A stretch of DNA of 64,000 bases from Limnochordia bacterium. Lineage in GTDB: Bacteria > Bacillota > Limnochordia > DTU080 > RSA5. Shown one piece after another: positions 1 to 10,552 of this stretch; within the stretch, counting starts at the first letter, position 1; each line of letters opens with the position of its first letter. The translations under genes were made by a program, and so were the position numbers. The notes beneath the pieces were generated by a model. The model saw only the letters and a list, made by a program, of their open reading frames with translations, was not told the DNA's origin and did not search any database. The stretch covers positions 194,034 to 258,033 of the forward strand of contig JAWLDA010000006.1 of NCBI GenBank assembly GCA_041686855.1, read 5' to 3'.

Positions 1-1750
1 TGAAGGTGCGAGGAGCATCCAACTTGACGGCGATCTCAGCGGTACTCGAGCGCATGTTGGTAACGTGCTTCTTTTTGCACACGTTGACATCGAGGTCTTG
101 GGGACGACTGTTGGCGCCGACGATCATGCCCTCGTAAACCGTATCGCCGGGGCCGACAAAGAGTTGGCCTCGCTCTTGAATCCCTTCGATGGCATGGGAG
201 GTTACCGTGCCGCTCTCCCACGAGACGAGGCTGCCGTTTGTCCGCCCTGGGAGGCTCCCGCGAAAGGGGCCGTACCCGTGAAATGTGTTGTAGGCGACGG
301 CGTACCCTTTTGTCTCCGTCAAGAGCTGGCTGTGAAATCCGATCAGACCGCGGGCAGGCACAACGAACTCGACCTTGACGGTCTCATCATCGATTTGGGT
401 CATGTTTGTCAGGTCGCCCTTGCGCGCGCCGACCATCTCCATTACCGTACCCAAGTGAGATCGCGGCACTTCAACGGTGAGCTCTTCTAGGGGTTCGTGC
501 GGTGGACCGCTCTCCATCTCTTTGAGGACCACTTGCGGTTGCGAGACGGCGAACTCGTACCCATCCCGACGCATTGTCTCAATGAGGATTCCCAAATGCA
601 ACTCGCCTCGGCCGGCAACATCAAAGGCGTCGGGCGAATCTGTCTCGCTGACGCGCAGCGCCACATTATTGCGCGCCTCGCGCATCAGGCGATCGCGCAG
701 ATGGCGAGAGGTTAGGTAGTCGCCCTCTTGGCCGGCAAGGGGGCTGTCGTTCACTCGAAAGATGACGGTGAGCGTCGGCTCGTCGACAGTAAGAGGTGGA
801 AGGAACCGAGGCGTCTCGGGATCGGTGACGGTATCCCCGACTCCGAGTGATTCCATACCGGTCACAGCGACGATCTCCCCGGCGTTCGCTACGTCGGCCG
901 GGACTCGTTGCAGGCGCTCGAAGGTGAACAATCCGGCGATGCTCCCGTGTTTGGACGAGTCGCCAGGCCGTCCGTAAACCACACGCTGACCGCGACTGAT
1001 CGAGCCCCGATGAATCCGTCCGATCGCAACACGCCCGACGTAGTCGTCGTGGTCGAGCATAGTTACCATGAGTTGCAACGGTTCGCTGGCGCCATCGGCC
1101 TCACCGGCCAAAGGAGGGGGAATGTGTTTCACGATTGCGTCCAAAAGTGGTAAGATGGTACCAGTTCCCATCTTAAGGTGATGAAGCGCCTGGTCGAGGT
1201 CCTCCTCGGCAACTCCGGAGCGCGCCGCTGCGTAGAGCAATGGGAAGTCTATTTGTGAATCGTCCGCTCCGAGCGAGATAAAGAGCTCGAGGATCTCGTC
1301 GACGACTTCGTATGGCCGCGCATCGCGCCGATCGATTTTGTTGACGACGACAACCGGCTTCAGCCGTTGGGACAAGGCCTTTTGCAGTACATAACGGGTT
1401 TGCGGCAGCGGCCCTTCGGCCGCGTCAACTACCAATAAACACCCGTCGACCATACTCAAAATCCTCTCAACCTCGCCGCCAAAGTCCGCGTGACCCGGTG
1501 TGTCGACCACATTGATCTTGACGGGGTGTTCCGATTGATCCTGAGTGTAGTAGATCGCTGTGTTCTTAGCGAGGATGGTGATGCCGCGTTCCCGCTCCAA
1601 GGGATTGGAGTCGAGGACACGCTCGTCCACCTGTTCGCCGGTGCGAAAGACGCCGGACTGCTTGAGCAGCGCGTCGACCAGCGTGGTCTTGCCATGATCA
1701 ACGTGGGCGATAATAGCGACATTGCGCAAAGAGAGAGGCGATTGTTTCAT
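1..1750 (-). CDS. typA: Translational GTPase TypA/BipA (3' end runs off window)
   Basis: Manual translation from ATG at 1750: [26 protein letters not shown]...[13 protein letters not shown]...[14 protein letters not shown]...NKID; at window start the same frame reads [15 protein letters not shown] (TypA C-terminal motif). Not in the ORF track because the stop is outside the window. Confidence 0.95.
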   Translation of the reverse strand, partial: MKQSPLSLRNVAIIAHVDHGKTTLVDALLKQSGVFRTGEQVDERVLDSNPLERERGITILAKNTAIYYTQDQSEHPVKINVVDTPGHADFGGEVERILSMVDGCLLVVDAAEGPLPQTRYVLQKALSQRLKPVVVVNKIDRRDARPYEVVDEILELFISLGADDSQIDFPLLYAAARSGVAEEDLDQALHHLKMGTGTILPLLDAIVKHIPPPLAGEADGASEPLQLMVTMLDHDDYVGRVAIGRIHRGSISRGQRVVYGRPGDSSKHGSIAGLFTFERLQRVPADVANAGEIVAVTGMESLGVGDTVTDPETPRFLPPLTVDEPTLTVIFRVNDSPLAGQEGDYLTSRHLRDRLMREARNNVALRVSETDSPDAFDVAGRGELHLGILIETMRRDGYEFAVSQPQVVLKEMESGPPHEPLEELTVEVPRSHLGTVMEMVGARKGDLTNMTQIDDETVKVEFVVPARGLIGFHSQLLTETKGYAVAYNTFHGYGPFRGSLPGRTNGSLVSWESGTVTSHAIEGIQERGQLFVGPGDTVYEGMIVGANSRPQDLDVNVCKKKHVTNMRSSTAEIAVKLDAPRTF

Positions 1751-1851
1751 GAGAACGAGAGTATCAGGCCTCCCAAAGGGTGTCAAGACTAACAGTTGAG
1801 GAGGATGTTCGCTTTATCGGCGGGCATTCATGGAAAGGCGGGTTGGTAACG

Positions 1852-4536
1852 ATGAGTGACCGGAGGAAAGAGGAATTGGAGCTGGGTCCGCTCGATATCG
1901 AATTGCGAGAGTGGATCGAGTCGCTGGACTACGTGATCGAACAGGGCGACCCCGAGCGAGTCCGCACCCTGCTGCGGCGGTTGCAAGTCCGGGCGCAACA
2001 AGCCGGTGTTCGCACGTTGTCTGCGGTGACCACGCCGTACATCAACACGATTCCCGCTCACGAACAGCCGCCCTACCCAGGGAGCCGAGAGATCGAGCGG
2101 CGCATCAAGAGTATCATTCGCTGGAACGCGATGGCCATGGTCGTGCGGGCGAATCGCGATGAAGAGGGGCTTGGCGGGCACATCTCAACGTACGCTTCGG
2201 CCGCGACTCTCTTTGAAGTCGGATTCAACCATTTTTTCCGCGCCCGCTCCGACGATCAAGAGGCGGACATGGTCTACTTTCAGGGCCATGCAGCACCCGG
2301 CATCTACGCCCGCGCCTTTATCGAAGGGCGGATCGATGAGACACATATGGAGAATTTTCGTAGAGAGTTGCACCCCAAGGGCGGGCTCTCGTCGTACCCC
2401 CACCCGTGGCTGATGCCGGAGTTTTGGCAGTTCCCGACGGTTTCGATGGGTCTAGGGCCGATCATGTCGATCTATCAAGCCAAGTTTAATCGGTACTTGG
2501 AGAATCGAGGACTCAAGTCGGCGTCAGACGCGAAAGTGTGGGCGTTCTTGGGCGACGGTGAAGTCGACGAACCAGAGACGCTCGGCGCCATCTCTTTGGC
2601 TTCTCGGGAACGGCTCGACAACCTTATTTGGGTGATCAACTGTAATCTGCAACGGCTCGACGGACCGGTCCGAGGCAACCAAAAGGTGATCCAAGAGCTC
2701 GAGGCAGTCTTTCGTGGCGCCGGCTGGAATGTGATCAAGGTGATTTGGGGCAGCGACTGGGATCCCTTATTGGAGCGCGACAGCGACGGGCTTCTCGTGA
2801 AACGAATGAATGAGGTCGTGGACGGCCAGTTCCAACGGTACACTGTAGCCGAAGGTGAGTATATCCGTCAGGACTTTTTTGGCGCTGATCCCCGGCTCGA
2901 ACAACTAGTGGCACACCTTTCGGATGAACAGTTGAGTCGATTGAGCCGTGGTGGCCATGACCCCGAGAAGGTGTATGCAGCGTACAAGGCGGCGACCGAG
3001 TACACGGATGGTCCCACTGTGATATTGGCCAAGACGATCAAGGGGTACGGACTCGGAGAAGCGGGCGAAGGGAAGAACATTACACACCAGCAAAAGAAGT
3101 TGAATGATGACGAACTGCGTGCCTTCCGGTCGCGCTTTGGCATCTCGATCTCCGATGAGAAGGTGACGGAGGCCCCCTTTTACCGACCAGCTGACGAGAG
3201 CCGTGAGATGCTTTACCTGAAGGAGCGCCGCGAGGCGCTGGGCGGGTACTTGCCTGAGCGAAAGATCTTGGCGCCGCCGCTCAAGACCCCTGAGGAGTCG
3301 GTTTTCAGCGAGTTTTACGAAGGCTCGGAGCGGTCGGTCTCGACCACCATGGCCTTAGTGCGGATCATGGTGAATCTTTTAAGGGACGCCGACCTCGGTA
3401 AGTTGATCGTTCCCATCATTCCCGACGAGGCGCGCACTTTCGGGATGGAAGCGCTCTTTCGACAGTACGGCATCTACTCATCGATCGGTCAGCTCTACGA
3501 TCCCGTCGACAAGGCGACCCTTCTGCCGTACCGAGAGGCTCAAGACGGTCAGATCCTGGAGGAAGGGATCACCGAGGCAGGCGCGATGTCCTCTTTCATC
3601 GCCGCAGGGACCGCTCCGGCCAACCACGGCGTGAACACGATTCCTTTCTTCATCTACTATTCAATGTTTGGGTTTCAACGGATTGGCGATCTCATATGGG
3701 CCGCCGGTGATATGCAGGCGCGTGGCTTCATGGTCGGCGCGACTGCCGGGCGCACGACACTCTCCGGTGAGGGCCTTCAGCACCAAGACGGTAACAGCCA
3801 CTTGCTCGCAATGACGGTGCCGAACCTGATTACCTACGACCCAGCCTACGCCTATGAATTGGCAGTCATTGTGCGTGAAGGGATTCGAAGGATGTACCAA
3901 GAGCAGGAGCCGATCTATTATTACATCACGGTGGGTAATGAGCCGTACGCACAGCCGCGCATCCCTGCGGGCGATGATGTCAAGGAGAAGATCCTCAAGG
4001 GGATGTACCGGTTTAAGCGAACGGACAAACCTGATCCCAAGCGGCACGTACAGTTGTTGGGGAGCGGCGCCATCCTCAACGAGGTGGTCGAAGCGGCACG
4101 GCGCCTCGCCGACTACGGTGTGAGCGCCGATGTCTGGAGTGTCACGAGTTATAAAGAGCTATACAAGGACGGAGTCGATGCCGACCATTGGAACATGCTC
4201 CATCCAACGGCCCGCAAGCGGCGGACGCCTTATGTGACTGAGGCCCTCGGTGAGGCTCCGGGTGTGGTTGTCGCTGCGTCGGATTACGTCAAAGCTCTGG
4301 GATACTCGATCAGTCGCTGGGTACCCCAGCCCTACTTTGTGCTGGGCACCGATGGTTTCGGGCGCAGCGATTCGAGACGGCGGCTCAGAGACTTCTTTGA
4401 AGTTGACGCTCGCTACATTACAGTGGCGGCATTGTCGGCGCTCGCCCAAGAGGGAGCGATACCGGCCAAGAGTGTGAAACAGGCAATCACGGATTTTGAG
4501 ATCGACCCCGAGAAGCCAAATCCCTTCTTTGTATAG
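1852..4536 (+). CDS. aceE: Pyruvate dehydrogenase E1, homodimeric (AceE type)
   Basis: GGHISTYAS, FPTVSMGLG, GDGEVDEPE (ThDP motif), NCNLQRLDGPV, EGLQHQDG; probable start ATG 1852 within ORF 1780..4536. Confidence 0.95.
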   Translation: MSDRRKEELELGPLDIELREWIESLDYVIEQGDPERVRTLLRRLQVRAQQAGVRTLSAVTTPYINTIPAHEQPPYPGSREIERRIKSIIRWNAMAMVVRANRDEEGLGGHISTYASAATLFEVGFNHFFRARSDDQEADMVYFQGHAAPGIYARAFIEGRIDETHMENFRRELHPKGGLSSYPHPWLMPEFWQFPTVSMGLGPIMSIYQAKFNRYLENRGLKSASDAKVWAFLGDGEVDEPETLGAISLASRERLDNLIWVINCNLQRLDGPVRGNQKVIQELEAVFRGAGWNVIKVIWGSDWDPLLERDSDGLLVKRMNEVVDGQFQRYTVAEGEYIRQDFFGADPRLEQLVAHLSDEQLSRLSRGGHDPEKVYAAYKAATEYTDGPTVILAKTIKGYGLGEAGEGKNITHQQKKLNDDELRAFRSRFGISISDEKVTEAPFYRPADESREMLYLKERREALGGYLPERKILAPPLKTPEESVFSEFYEGSERSVSTTMALVRIMVNLLRDADLGKLIVPIIPDEARTFGMEALFRQYGIYSSIGQLYDPVDKATLLPYREAQDGQILEEGITEAGAMSSFIAAGTAPANHGVNTIPFFIYYSMFGFQRIGDLIWAAGDMQARGFMVGATAGRTTLSGEGLQHQDGNSHLLAMTVPNLITYDPAYAYELAVIVREGIRRMYQEQEPIYYYITVGNEPYAQPRIPAGDDVKEKILKGMYRFKRTDKPDPKRHVQLLGSGAILNEVVEAARRLADYGVSADVWSVTSYKELYKDGVDADHWNMLHPTARKRRTPYVTEALGEAPGVVVAASDYVKALGYSISRWVPQPYFVLGTDGFGRSDSRRRLRDFFEVDARYITVAALSALAQEGAIPAKSVKQAITDFEIDPEKPNPFFV

Positions 4537-4575
4537 GCGCGCCGGGGCGCTCGGATCGAGAAAGGAGCGGTCACA

Positions 4576-5964
4576 ATGTCTACGGAATTTAAACTGCCGC
4601 CCCTAGGCGATGGTGTGAGTGAAGGCGTCATAGTGAAGGTGCTGGTGAAAGAGGGGGAGACGGTTGCCGAGGATCAGTCGGTCCTTGAAATCGAGACCAA
4701 CAAAGCAGTAGCCGAGGTGCCCTCCAGTGTGAGCGGCGTCATCGAAGAGGTGCACGTTCGCGAAGGCGATGAGGTGGGGCCCGGAGCTGTTGTCTTCACT
4801 GTGAAAGCCGATGACGGAGCGGCGGCCGACGAGCCAGAAGCCTCGGGCGACGAAACAGAGGCTGCGGGCGACGTCGAAGATGCAGCGGACGAGGTCGAGA
4901 CGGCCGAAGTCAAGGTGGAGGAGACCAAAGCTGAGGCGGAGGCCACCGAACGGTCAGGAGACGGCGAAGTCCGCGAGCCGGAGAAGGCCGAAAGCGAATC
5001 CCTTCGGGCCGCGCTTACAAGAACAGATGCCCAGAGCACCGACGAAACTCGAGAATCCCGCAGCCACATCCCTGCTGCGCCGTCGACTCGGCGTTTCGCG
5101 CGAGAGATCGGCGTCGACATCGGCGCTGTGCAGGGAAGCGGTCCCGGTGGGCGCATTTCGATAGATGATGTTAAAGCGTACGCCAAATCTCTCAATTCCC
5201 GGGCACAGACAGCGCCGTCGCCTGGAACGGTGGGCGTGCCTCTGCCGGACTTTGCCCACTGGGGTGAGGTCGAACGAGTGCCTTTGCGCGGCATCCGCAA
5301 GCAGACGGCCGATCACCTGAGTACGGCGTGGACAAGTATCCCTCATGTAACGCATTTCGACAAGGCGGACGTCACCGAGCTCGAGGAGACGCGCAAGCGC
5401 TTCGGTCCACGTGTTGAGAAGGCGGGCGGCAAGCTGACCCCAACGGCGATCATTCTCAAGGTGGTCGCAGGAGCTTTGCGCCGCTTCCCTCAGTTTAATT
5501 CCAGCATTGACATACAACGTGGCGAACTGATCATGAAGAAGTACTGCCACATCGGGGTAGCGGTCGACACAGAACACGGGCTGATGGTTCCGGTCATCAG
5601 GGACGTGGACGAGAAGAGCGTGACGGAGATCTCGGTCGAACTCACCGAGGTGGCCGAGAAGACGCGCGAACGGAAGTTGACGCTTGAGGAGATGCAAGGT
5701 GGCTGTTTTACCGTCTCTAATCTCGGAGGGATCGGTGGCACCGGGTTCACGCCGATTGTGAATGCGCCGGAAGTGGCGATCTTGGGTGTAGCTCGATCCC
5801 AGACTGAGCCCGTCTTTATGGACGACGCCTTTGTACCCCGCACAGTCATGCCTTTGTCGCTCTCCTACGATCACCGAGTGATCGACGGGGCAGACGCGGC
5901 CCGCTTCCTCAGGTGGGTCGCCGAGGCGTTGGAGAATCCTTTCTTGCTTTCCCTGGAGGGCTGA
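4576..5964 (+). CDS. aceF: Dihydrolipoamide acetyltransferase E2
   Basis: One lipoyl domain (IETNKA), acidic linker, E3-binding AAPSTRRFARE...GSGPGGRI, catalytic YDHRVIDGA. Confidence 0.93.
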   Translation: MSTEFKLPPLGDGVSEGVIVKVLVKEGETVAEDQSVLEIETNKAVAEVPSSVSGVIEEVHVREGDEVGPGAVVFTVKADDGAAADEPEASGDETEAAGDVEDAADEVETAEVKVEETKAEAEATERSGDGEVREPEKAESESLRAALTRTDAQSTDETRESRSHIPAAPSTRRFAREIGVDIGAVQGSGPGGRISIDDVKAYAKSLNSRAQTAPSPGTVGVPLPDFAHWGEVERVPLRGIRKQTADHLSTAWTSIPHVTHFDKADVTELEETRKRFGPRVEKAGGKLTPTAIILKVVAGALRRFPQFNSSIDIQRGELIMKKYCHIGVAVDTEHGLMVPVIRDVDEKSVTEISVELTEVAEKTRERKLTLEEMQGGCFTVSNLGGIGGTGFTPIVNAPEVAILGVARSQTEPVFMDDAFVPRTVMPLSLSYDHRVIDGADAARFLRWVAEALENPFLLSLEG

Positions 5965-5970
5965 TAGCAC

Positions 5971-7389
5971 ATGGCACGTGAACAACGAAGTACGAGCGTA
6001 GTGGTGATCGGTGGCGGACCCGGGGGGTATGCGGCGGCGTTTGCCGCGGCGGACCTGGGCTTGGAGGTTACCTTGGTTGACGACGCTCCAAATCCGGGCG
6101 GCGTCTGTCTTTATCGCGGTTGTATCCCGTCAAAGGCCCTACTCAACGTGGCGCACGTCCTGGATCAAGCCAGGCAGGCAGCTGACTGGGGCGTAACTTT
6201 TAGCGAGCCCAAGGTGGATCTCGAACGACTGCGAACGTGGAAAGACGAGGTCGTTCGAAAGATGACGGAGGGCCTTGGCGACCTGTCCAAAAAGCGCGGT
6301 ATCACCTTTGTGCAGGGAAGAGCTACGTTCGCTGGTCCCAAGCGAGTCACCGTAAGTGCGGAGAGCGGGGACGAGCTTGAGCTTTCCTTTGAACACGCCA
6401 TCTTGGCGACCGGTTCCCAACCGGTAAGGATTCCTGCGCTCTCGATCGATTCGTCTCGCGTGATGGATTCGACCGACGCCCTCCGTCTCGAAGATATTCC
6501 CGGCTCGCTCCTGGTCGTGGGTGGAGGGTACATAGGTTTGGAGTTAGCCACCGTCTACCACGCGCTTGGAACTCAGGTGAGCGTCGTCGAGTTGACATCC
6601 GAGTTGCTACCCGGCGCTGACCGGGACTTGGTCCGTCCCCTGGCGGCCAAGGTGAAACGGGTGTTGCACGCTGTTCACCTTAAGACCCAAGTGCTTTCAC
6701 TTGAGGAGCGGGGGGAGCAGATCCTTGCCCGACTCAAGGGGGAGGATGGCGAGGAGCGGGAGGAGAGCTTCGACCGAGTCCTGGTCGCGGTGGGGCGTCG
6801 CCCAAACTCGGCTAACCTAGGTCTCGAGACGACCAAGGTCGAGGTGACGGAGCGCGGCTTTGTTCGTGTGGATTCGCAGAGGCGTACGGCGGAGCCCACC
6901 ATCTTCGCCATCGGCGATGTGGCCGGGGAGCCGATGCTGGCCCACAAGGCGTCGCACGAGGGACGTGTCGCCGCCGAGGTGATCTCCGGACGGAGGGTCG
7001 CGTTCGAGCCGCAGGCGATTCCAGCCGTTGTCTTTACCGATCCGGAAGTAGCGTGGTGCGGATTGACCGAAGCGGCTGCGAAAGAGCAAGGCCGCCAGGT
7101 GAAAGTGGTCCGCTTTCCTTGGGGAGCGTCAGGAAGGGCCGCCACCCTGGGACGTTCCGACGGTGTGACGAAGCTGATCGTCGATCCCGAGAGCGAACAG
7201 GTGCTGGGTGTGGGTATTTGCGGTCCGGGTGCAGGGGAGCTGATCGCTGAGGGTGTGTTGGCTGTCGAGATGGCCGCGCTGGCCTCAGACGTCATGTTGA
7301 GCATTCACCCTCATCCGACCCTCTCAGAGACCATCATGGAGGCAGCCGAGTCGGTATACGGTTCCAGCACGCACTTTTACCGTAAGTGA
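5971..7389 (+). CDS. lpdA: Dihydrolipoamide dehydrogenase E3
   Basis: GGGPGGY, GGVCLYRGCIPSK redox disulfide, HPHPTLSE. Confidence 0.95.
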   Translation: MAREQRSTSVVVIGGGPGGYAAAFAAADLGLEVTLVDDAPNPGGVCLYRGCIPSKALLNVAHVLDQARQAADWGVTFSEPKVDLERLRTWKDEVVRKMTEGLGDLSKKRGITFVQGRATFAGPKRVTVSAESGDELELSFEHAILATGSQPVRIPALSIDSSRVMDSTDALRLEDIPGSLLVVGGGYIGLELATVYHALGTQVSVVELTSELLPGADRDLVRPLAAKVKRVLHAVHLKTQVLSLEERGEQILARLKGEDGEEREESFDRVLVAVGRRPNSANLGLETTKVEVTERGFVRVDSQRRTAEPTIFAIGDVAGEPMLAHKASHEGRVAAEVISGRRVAFEPQAIPAVVFTDPEVAWCGLTEAAAKEQGRQVKVVRFPWGASGRAATLGRSDGVTKLIVDPESEQVLGVGICGPGAGELIAEGVLAVEMAALASDVMLSIHPHPTLSETIMEAAESVYGSSTHFYRK

Positions 7390-7503
7390 GATTGTTTGGC
7401 TCGGATTCGTTGTCAGCCGACTGCCGATAAGGCAGAAGCGAGGCATTTCTAGGCATCATGTCGAACTGGGGCGTATCCCGAGCCCATAGGAGCTGAAGCC
7501 CGA

Positions 7504-7872
7504 GTGAGCATGGATGACCAGAACCAGGTGACTGAGCAAATCGTCCTCGCCTTTATCGAGCTGATTCACGAGCGGAAGCTGGCCGGTAAGGAAGTGCTGG
7601 CGGCGACGATGGAGACGATCGCACAGTGGTTGACCGAGCGAACGGGACTGGCTGTCACGCCCCGACACATTCAAGAGATGACCAAAGCCATGCGTGAGGG
7701 TGGGTTGATCACCGTGGGTGGGGGTGGCATCGGTTACCCGAATACCTACGACACCTGCGAGCGTGAGATGGGCGAAGAGGCCTTTTGGAGTCAAGTCGAC
7801 GCATTCCTGCTGGTCTGGCAACATCCGGGGCGCAAGGCGATGCTCAAGGGTTCACAGGAAGCCTTACGGTAA
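7504..7872 (+). CDS. Hypothetical protein, possible winged-helix fold
   Basis: 122 aa ORF; helix-turn-helix-like segment followed by GLITVGGGGIGYPNTY wing-like motif; overlaps the convergent kinase stop. Confidence 0.55.
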   Translation: MSMDDQNQVTEQIVLAFIELIHERKLAGKEVLAATMETIAQWLTERTGLAVTPRHIQEMTKAMREGGLITVGGGGIGYPNTYDTCEREMGEEAFWSQVDAFLLVWQHPGRKAMLKGSQEALR

Positions 7873-9619
7873 AGCGAGCGCCGCCTTCTGCCCGATTTTC
7901 GGCTTCAACGCTGCCGTTGTGCATTTGAACCAACTCTTTCACGATCACCAGACCCAGTCCCGTTCCAACCCCGTGCTGGTAGCGGCGTGACTTGTCAACC
8001 TTATAAAATCGTTCCCAGATATAGGGGAGGTCCTCCTGCGGAATGCCCTCCCCCTCGTCTTCAATTTGGACCTGTACATAAGGCGCATTCACTCCTGAGG
8101 AGTCTGGGTGTTCGCAAGTGTTGCCAAAGACGCTGACGCGCTTTCCCTTGGGTGAGTGCCGGACCGCATTCTCCAGCAAGTTCAAAAAGATCTGCGCCAT
8201 CCAGTCACGATCGGCCTGTACCGGAGGGAGGCGATCCAATTCGACGTGAATCTGGATGTCCCGGTCTTTGCAGATCGGCTCTAGGGACTCCACCGTGTCA
8301 TCGATAATCTCGCCGAGGTCGAGTCGTTCGAGATCCATCTCGATGGCGTTCGACTCGATGCGGGAGAGATCCAAGATCGTGTTGACCAACCGGGAGAGGC
8401 GCAGGCTCTCGTCCATGATGACATGGAGGTAACGCCGGGTCTGCTCTTCGTTTACAACCATGCCTTCCAGGATGGCCTGAACGAATCCGCGAATCGACGT
8501 CAGGGGCGTGCGTAGCTCGTGCGAGACGTTGGCCAAGAAGTCTCGGCGGATCCTTTCGAGTTGGTATCGCTCGGTCACGTCATGCAGGATTGCCACGGCA
8601 CCTTGGACATCTCCGTCGTCGTCTCGCAACGGGGTGGAGTGAAGGACCAACACCTTCTCGTCGAGGCGAACCTCGGTTTGGTCGGTCAAATGTCCTGAGA
8701 GGGTCGATTCAATGTGAGGCCAAATCACTTTCAGCCGATGCTGCTCCTGGAGCGGCTCGGCGACAACATCCCCCTCAATCTTAAAGAGGTTCACCAGTGC
8801 CGGATTTACGAGGAGGACTCGACCCTCGGAGTCAACTGCAATCACTCCTTCGCTCATACTCGCCAAGATGGAACCCGTCTTCTGCTTCTCCTGCGTGAGC
8901 TCCCGAATCGTCTGACCCAAACGGTGGGCCAACTCGTTGAATGCATTGCCCAAAGCGCCAACCTCGCCTTTCTCCTGAGTGGAGACCCGGCGGTCAAAGT
9001 TGCCTTGGGCCATTTCAAGACTGGCCGAAGTCATTTGGCGAATTGGCTCGGTGATGCGGCGCGAAAGAACGTAGCTGACGCCGACGCCGGCTCCCGCCGC
9101 TAAGAGCGTCGCGACAAGGAGGAGGCGCCGCCCTCCCTCGATTGTGTCGGCCGTATCCTGGATCGGCGCGTGAAGGACGACCGCGCCGGCAATACCGTTA
9201 GGGCTACGGATAGGGACGAGAGCGGTGACAACGGCTTCCTGGACTGCTTCTTCGAAGCCACGCCGCGTGACGGAGGCCCCTTCTTCGAGGACGAGATGGA
9301 CGTCACTGGGGCTAAGCCGGAGTGCCTTCTCCCGCGAGGGGGAGAAGGTCGTCAGTGTGACGAGGCCTTCCCGATTGGCAAAGGTGATGCCCGCGTTGAG
9401 CGTCTGGGCGATCGCTTCGACTCTGGCGCGCAGCAGGACGGTTGGTGTGCCCACTTCGACCAGGCGAGCGAGACGGACGCCATTCTCCACCAGTTCGCGC
9501 TCCTTGGACTCGTAGACACTCTCTGTGTAGAGGTAAGCGAGAGCGGCCCCAGTCACCGCGATGGTCGTTAGCAGCACAACGACGTACGAGCGAAGGAGGC
9601 GGGCAAAGAGTGAATTCAC
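7844..9619 (-). CDS. Sensor histidine kinase (2 TM, HAMP, PAS, HisKA, HATPase; ResE/WalK/PhoR-like)
   Basis: ANVSHELRTPLTSIRG H-box, NLLENAVRHS N-box, DEGEGI, GTGLGL. Confidence 0.92.
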   Translation of the reverse strand: MNSLFARLLRSYVVVLLTTIAVTGAALAYLYTESVYESKERELVENGVRLARLVEVGTPTVLLRARVEAIAQTLNAGITFANREGLVTLTTFSPSREKALRLSPSDVHLVLEEGASVTRRGFEEAVQEAVVTALVPIRSPNGIAGAVVLHAPIQDTADTIEGGRRLLLVATLLAAGAGVGVSYVLSRRITEPIRQMTSASLEMAQGNFDRRVSTQEKGEVGALGNAFNELAHRLGQTIRELTQEKQKTGSILASMSEGVIAVDSEGRVLLVNPALVNLFKIEGDVVAEPLQEQHRLKVIWPHIESTLSGHLTDQTEVRLDEKVLVLHSTPLRDDDGDVQGAVAILHDVTERYQLERIRRDFLANVSHELRTPLTSIRGFVQAILEGMVVNEEQTRRYLHVIMDESLRLSRLVNTILDLSRIESNAIEMDLERLDLGEIIDDTVESLEPICKDRDIQIHVELDRLPPVQADRDWMAQIFLNLLENAVRHSPKGKRVSVFGNTCEHPDSSGVNAPYVQVQIEDEGEGIPQEDLPYIWERFYKVDKSRRYQHGVGTGLGLVIVKELVQMHNGSVEAENRAEGGARFTVRLPVNP

Positions 9620-10326
9620 AGCGGATCCTCATCCACTTGGAACTTGTACCCAACGCCCCAGACGGTGTGGATGTAGCGAACGCTGTGTCCTGGAGGCTCG
9701 ATTTTGCGCCGCAGACGTTTCACGTGGACGTCGACCGTCCGCTCATCACCGTAGTAATCGTAGCCCCACACCGATTCGAGGAGCTCCGGGCGCGTGAAAG
9801 TCCGGCCCGAGTGGGCGGCCAAGTGCCAGAGGAGGTCAAACTCCTTTGGGGTTAACGAAATCTCTTCTTTGTCCATCCGGACCACTCGACCCATGGGATC
9901 AAGCGTGAGGCCCTTAAATTGAAGGGGACGTTGATCCTCTTGACGTGTCTCATTCCCGCCGCGGCTGCGGCGCAAGACCGCCTTCACGCGTGCGACCAGC
10001 TCGCGGGGGTTAAACGGCTTGGGCACATAGTCGTCGGCACCGAGCTCCAACCCCAAGATGCGGTCGACATCGTCGCCGCGTGCGGTCAACATGATAATGG
10101 GCGTCTCACCCGCCTTACGCACGCGCCGACACACTTCCAGGCCATCGACGCCTGGAAGCATCAAGTCGAGTACGATGAGGTCGGGACTCGTCCGCTCTAA
10201 GGTGTCCAGCGCCGCTTGACCGTCATTGACACACTCGATCGCAAAGCCCTCTCGCTCAAGGTATAAACTGACCAGTTCGCAAACGTTGGAGTCGTCGTCG
10301 ACGACCAACACTCGCTGCATCTCCAC
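9616..10326 (-). CDS. OmpR-family response regulator
   Basis: VLVVDDD, LDLMLPG, MLTARG, KPF, RTVDVHVKRLRRK, TVWGVGYKF; GGAGG RBS before GTG 10326/ATG 10320. Confidence 0.93.
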   Translation of the reverse strand: MEMQRVLVVDDDSNVCELVSLYLEREGFAIECVNDGQAALDTLERTSPDLIVLDLMLPGVDGLEVCRRVRKAGETPIIMLTARGDDVDRILGLELGADDYVPKPFNPRELVARVKAVLRRSRGGNETRQEDQRPLQFKGLTLDPMGRVVRMDKEEISLTPKEFDLLWHLAAHSGRTFTRPELLESVWGYDYYGDERTVDVHVKRLRRKIEPPGHSVRYIHTVWGVGYKFQVDEDPL

Positions 10327-10375
10327 GCAGGTGATCCCTCCACCTACCATTATTGCAGAAAATCACGGCTAACGG

Positions 10376-10393
10376 TGTGACAAAACTGTGACA
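10376..10393. promoter_or_regulatory. Tandem TGTGACA direct repeat with 11-bp period, candidate OmpR-family operator
   Basis: TGTGACAAAACTGTGACA in the divergent intergenic region beside the response regulator. Confidence 0.55.
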
Positions 10394-10552
10394 CTCTTGG
10401 GCCAAACTTTCATCGTTTTGACACCCTTCAGTCACGCTGCGATCATATTTGTCCTCCATAATGAGAGCGATCCGGTGGTGATCAATTTTGGGCGATCAAC
10501 TTTTGCACCGCCGGCAACAGAGAACACCAATCAACACCAAGGAGTGAAGCGA

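Noticed and set aside
4680-4712. Non-functional lipoyl domain (ETNKA instead of ETDKA)
   Set aside because: The lipoyl-lysine and surrounding fold pattern are retained; one substitution is not evidence of loss.
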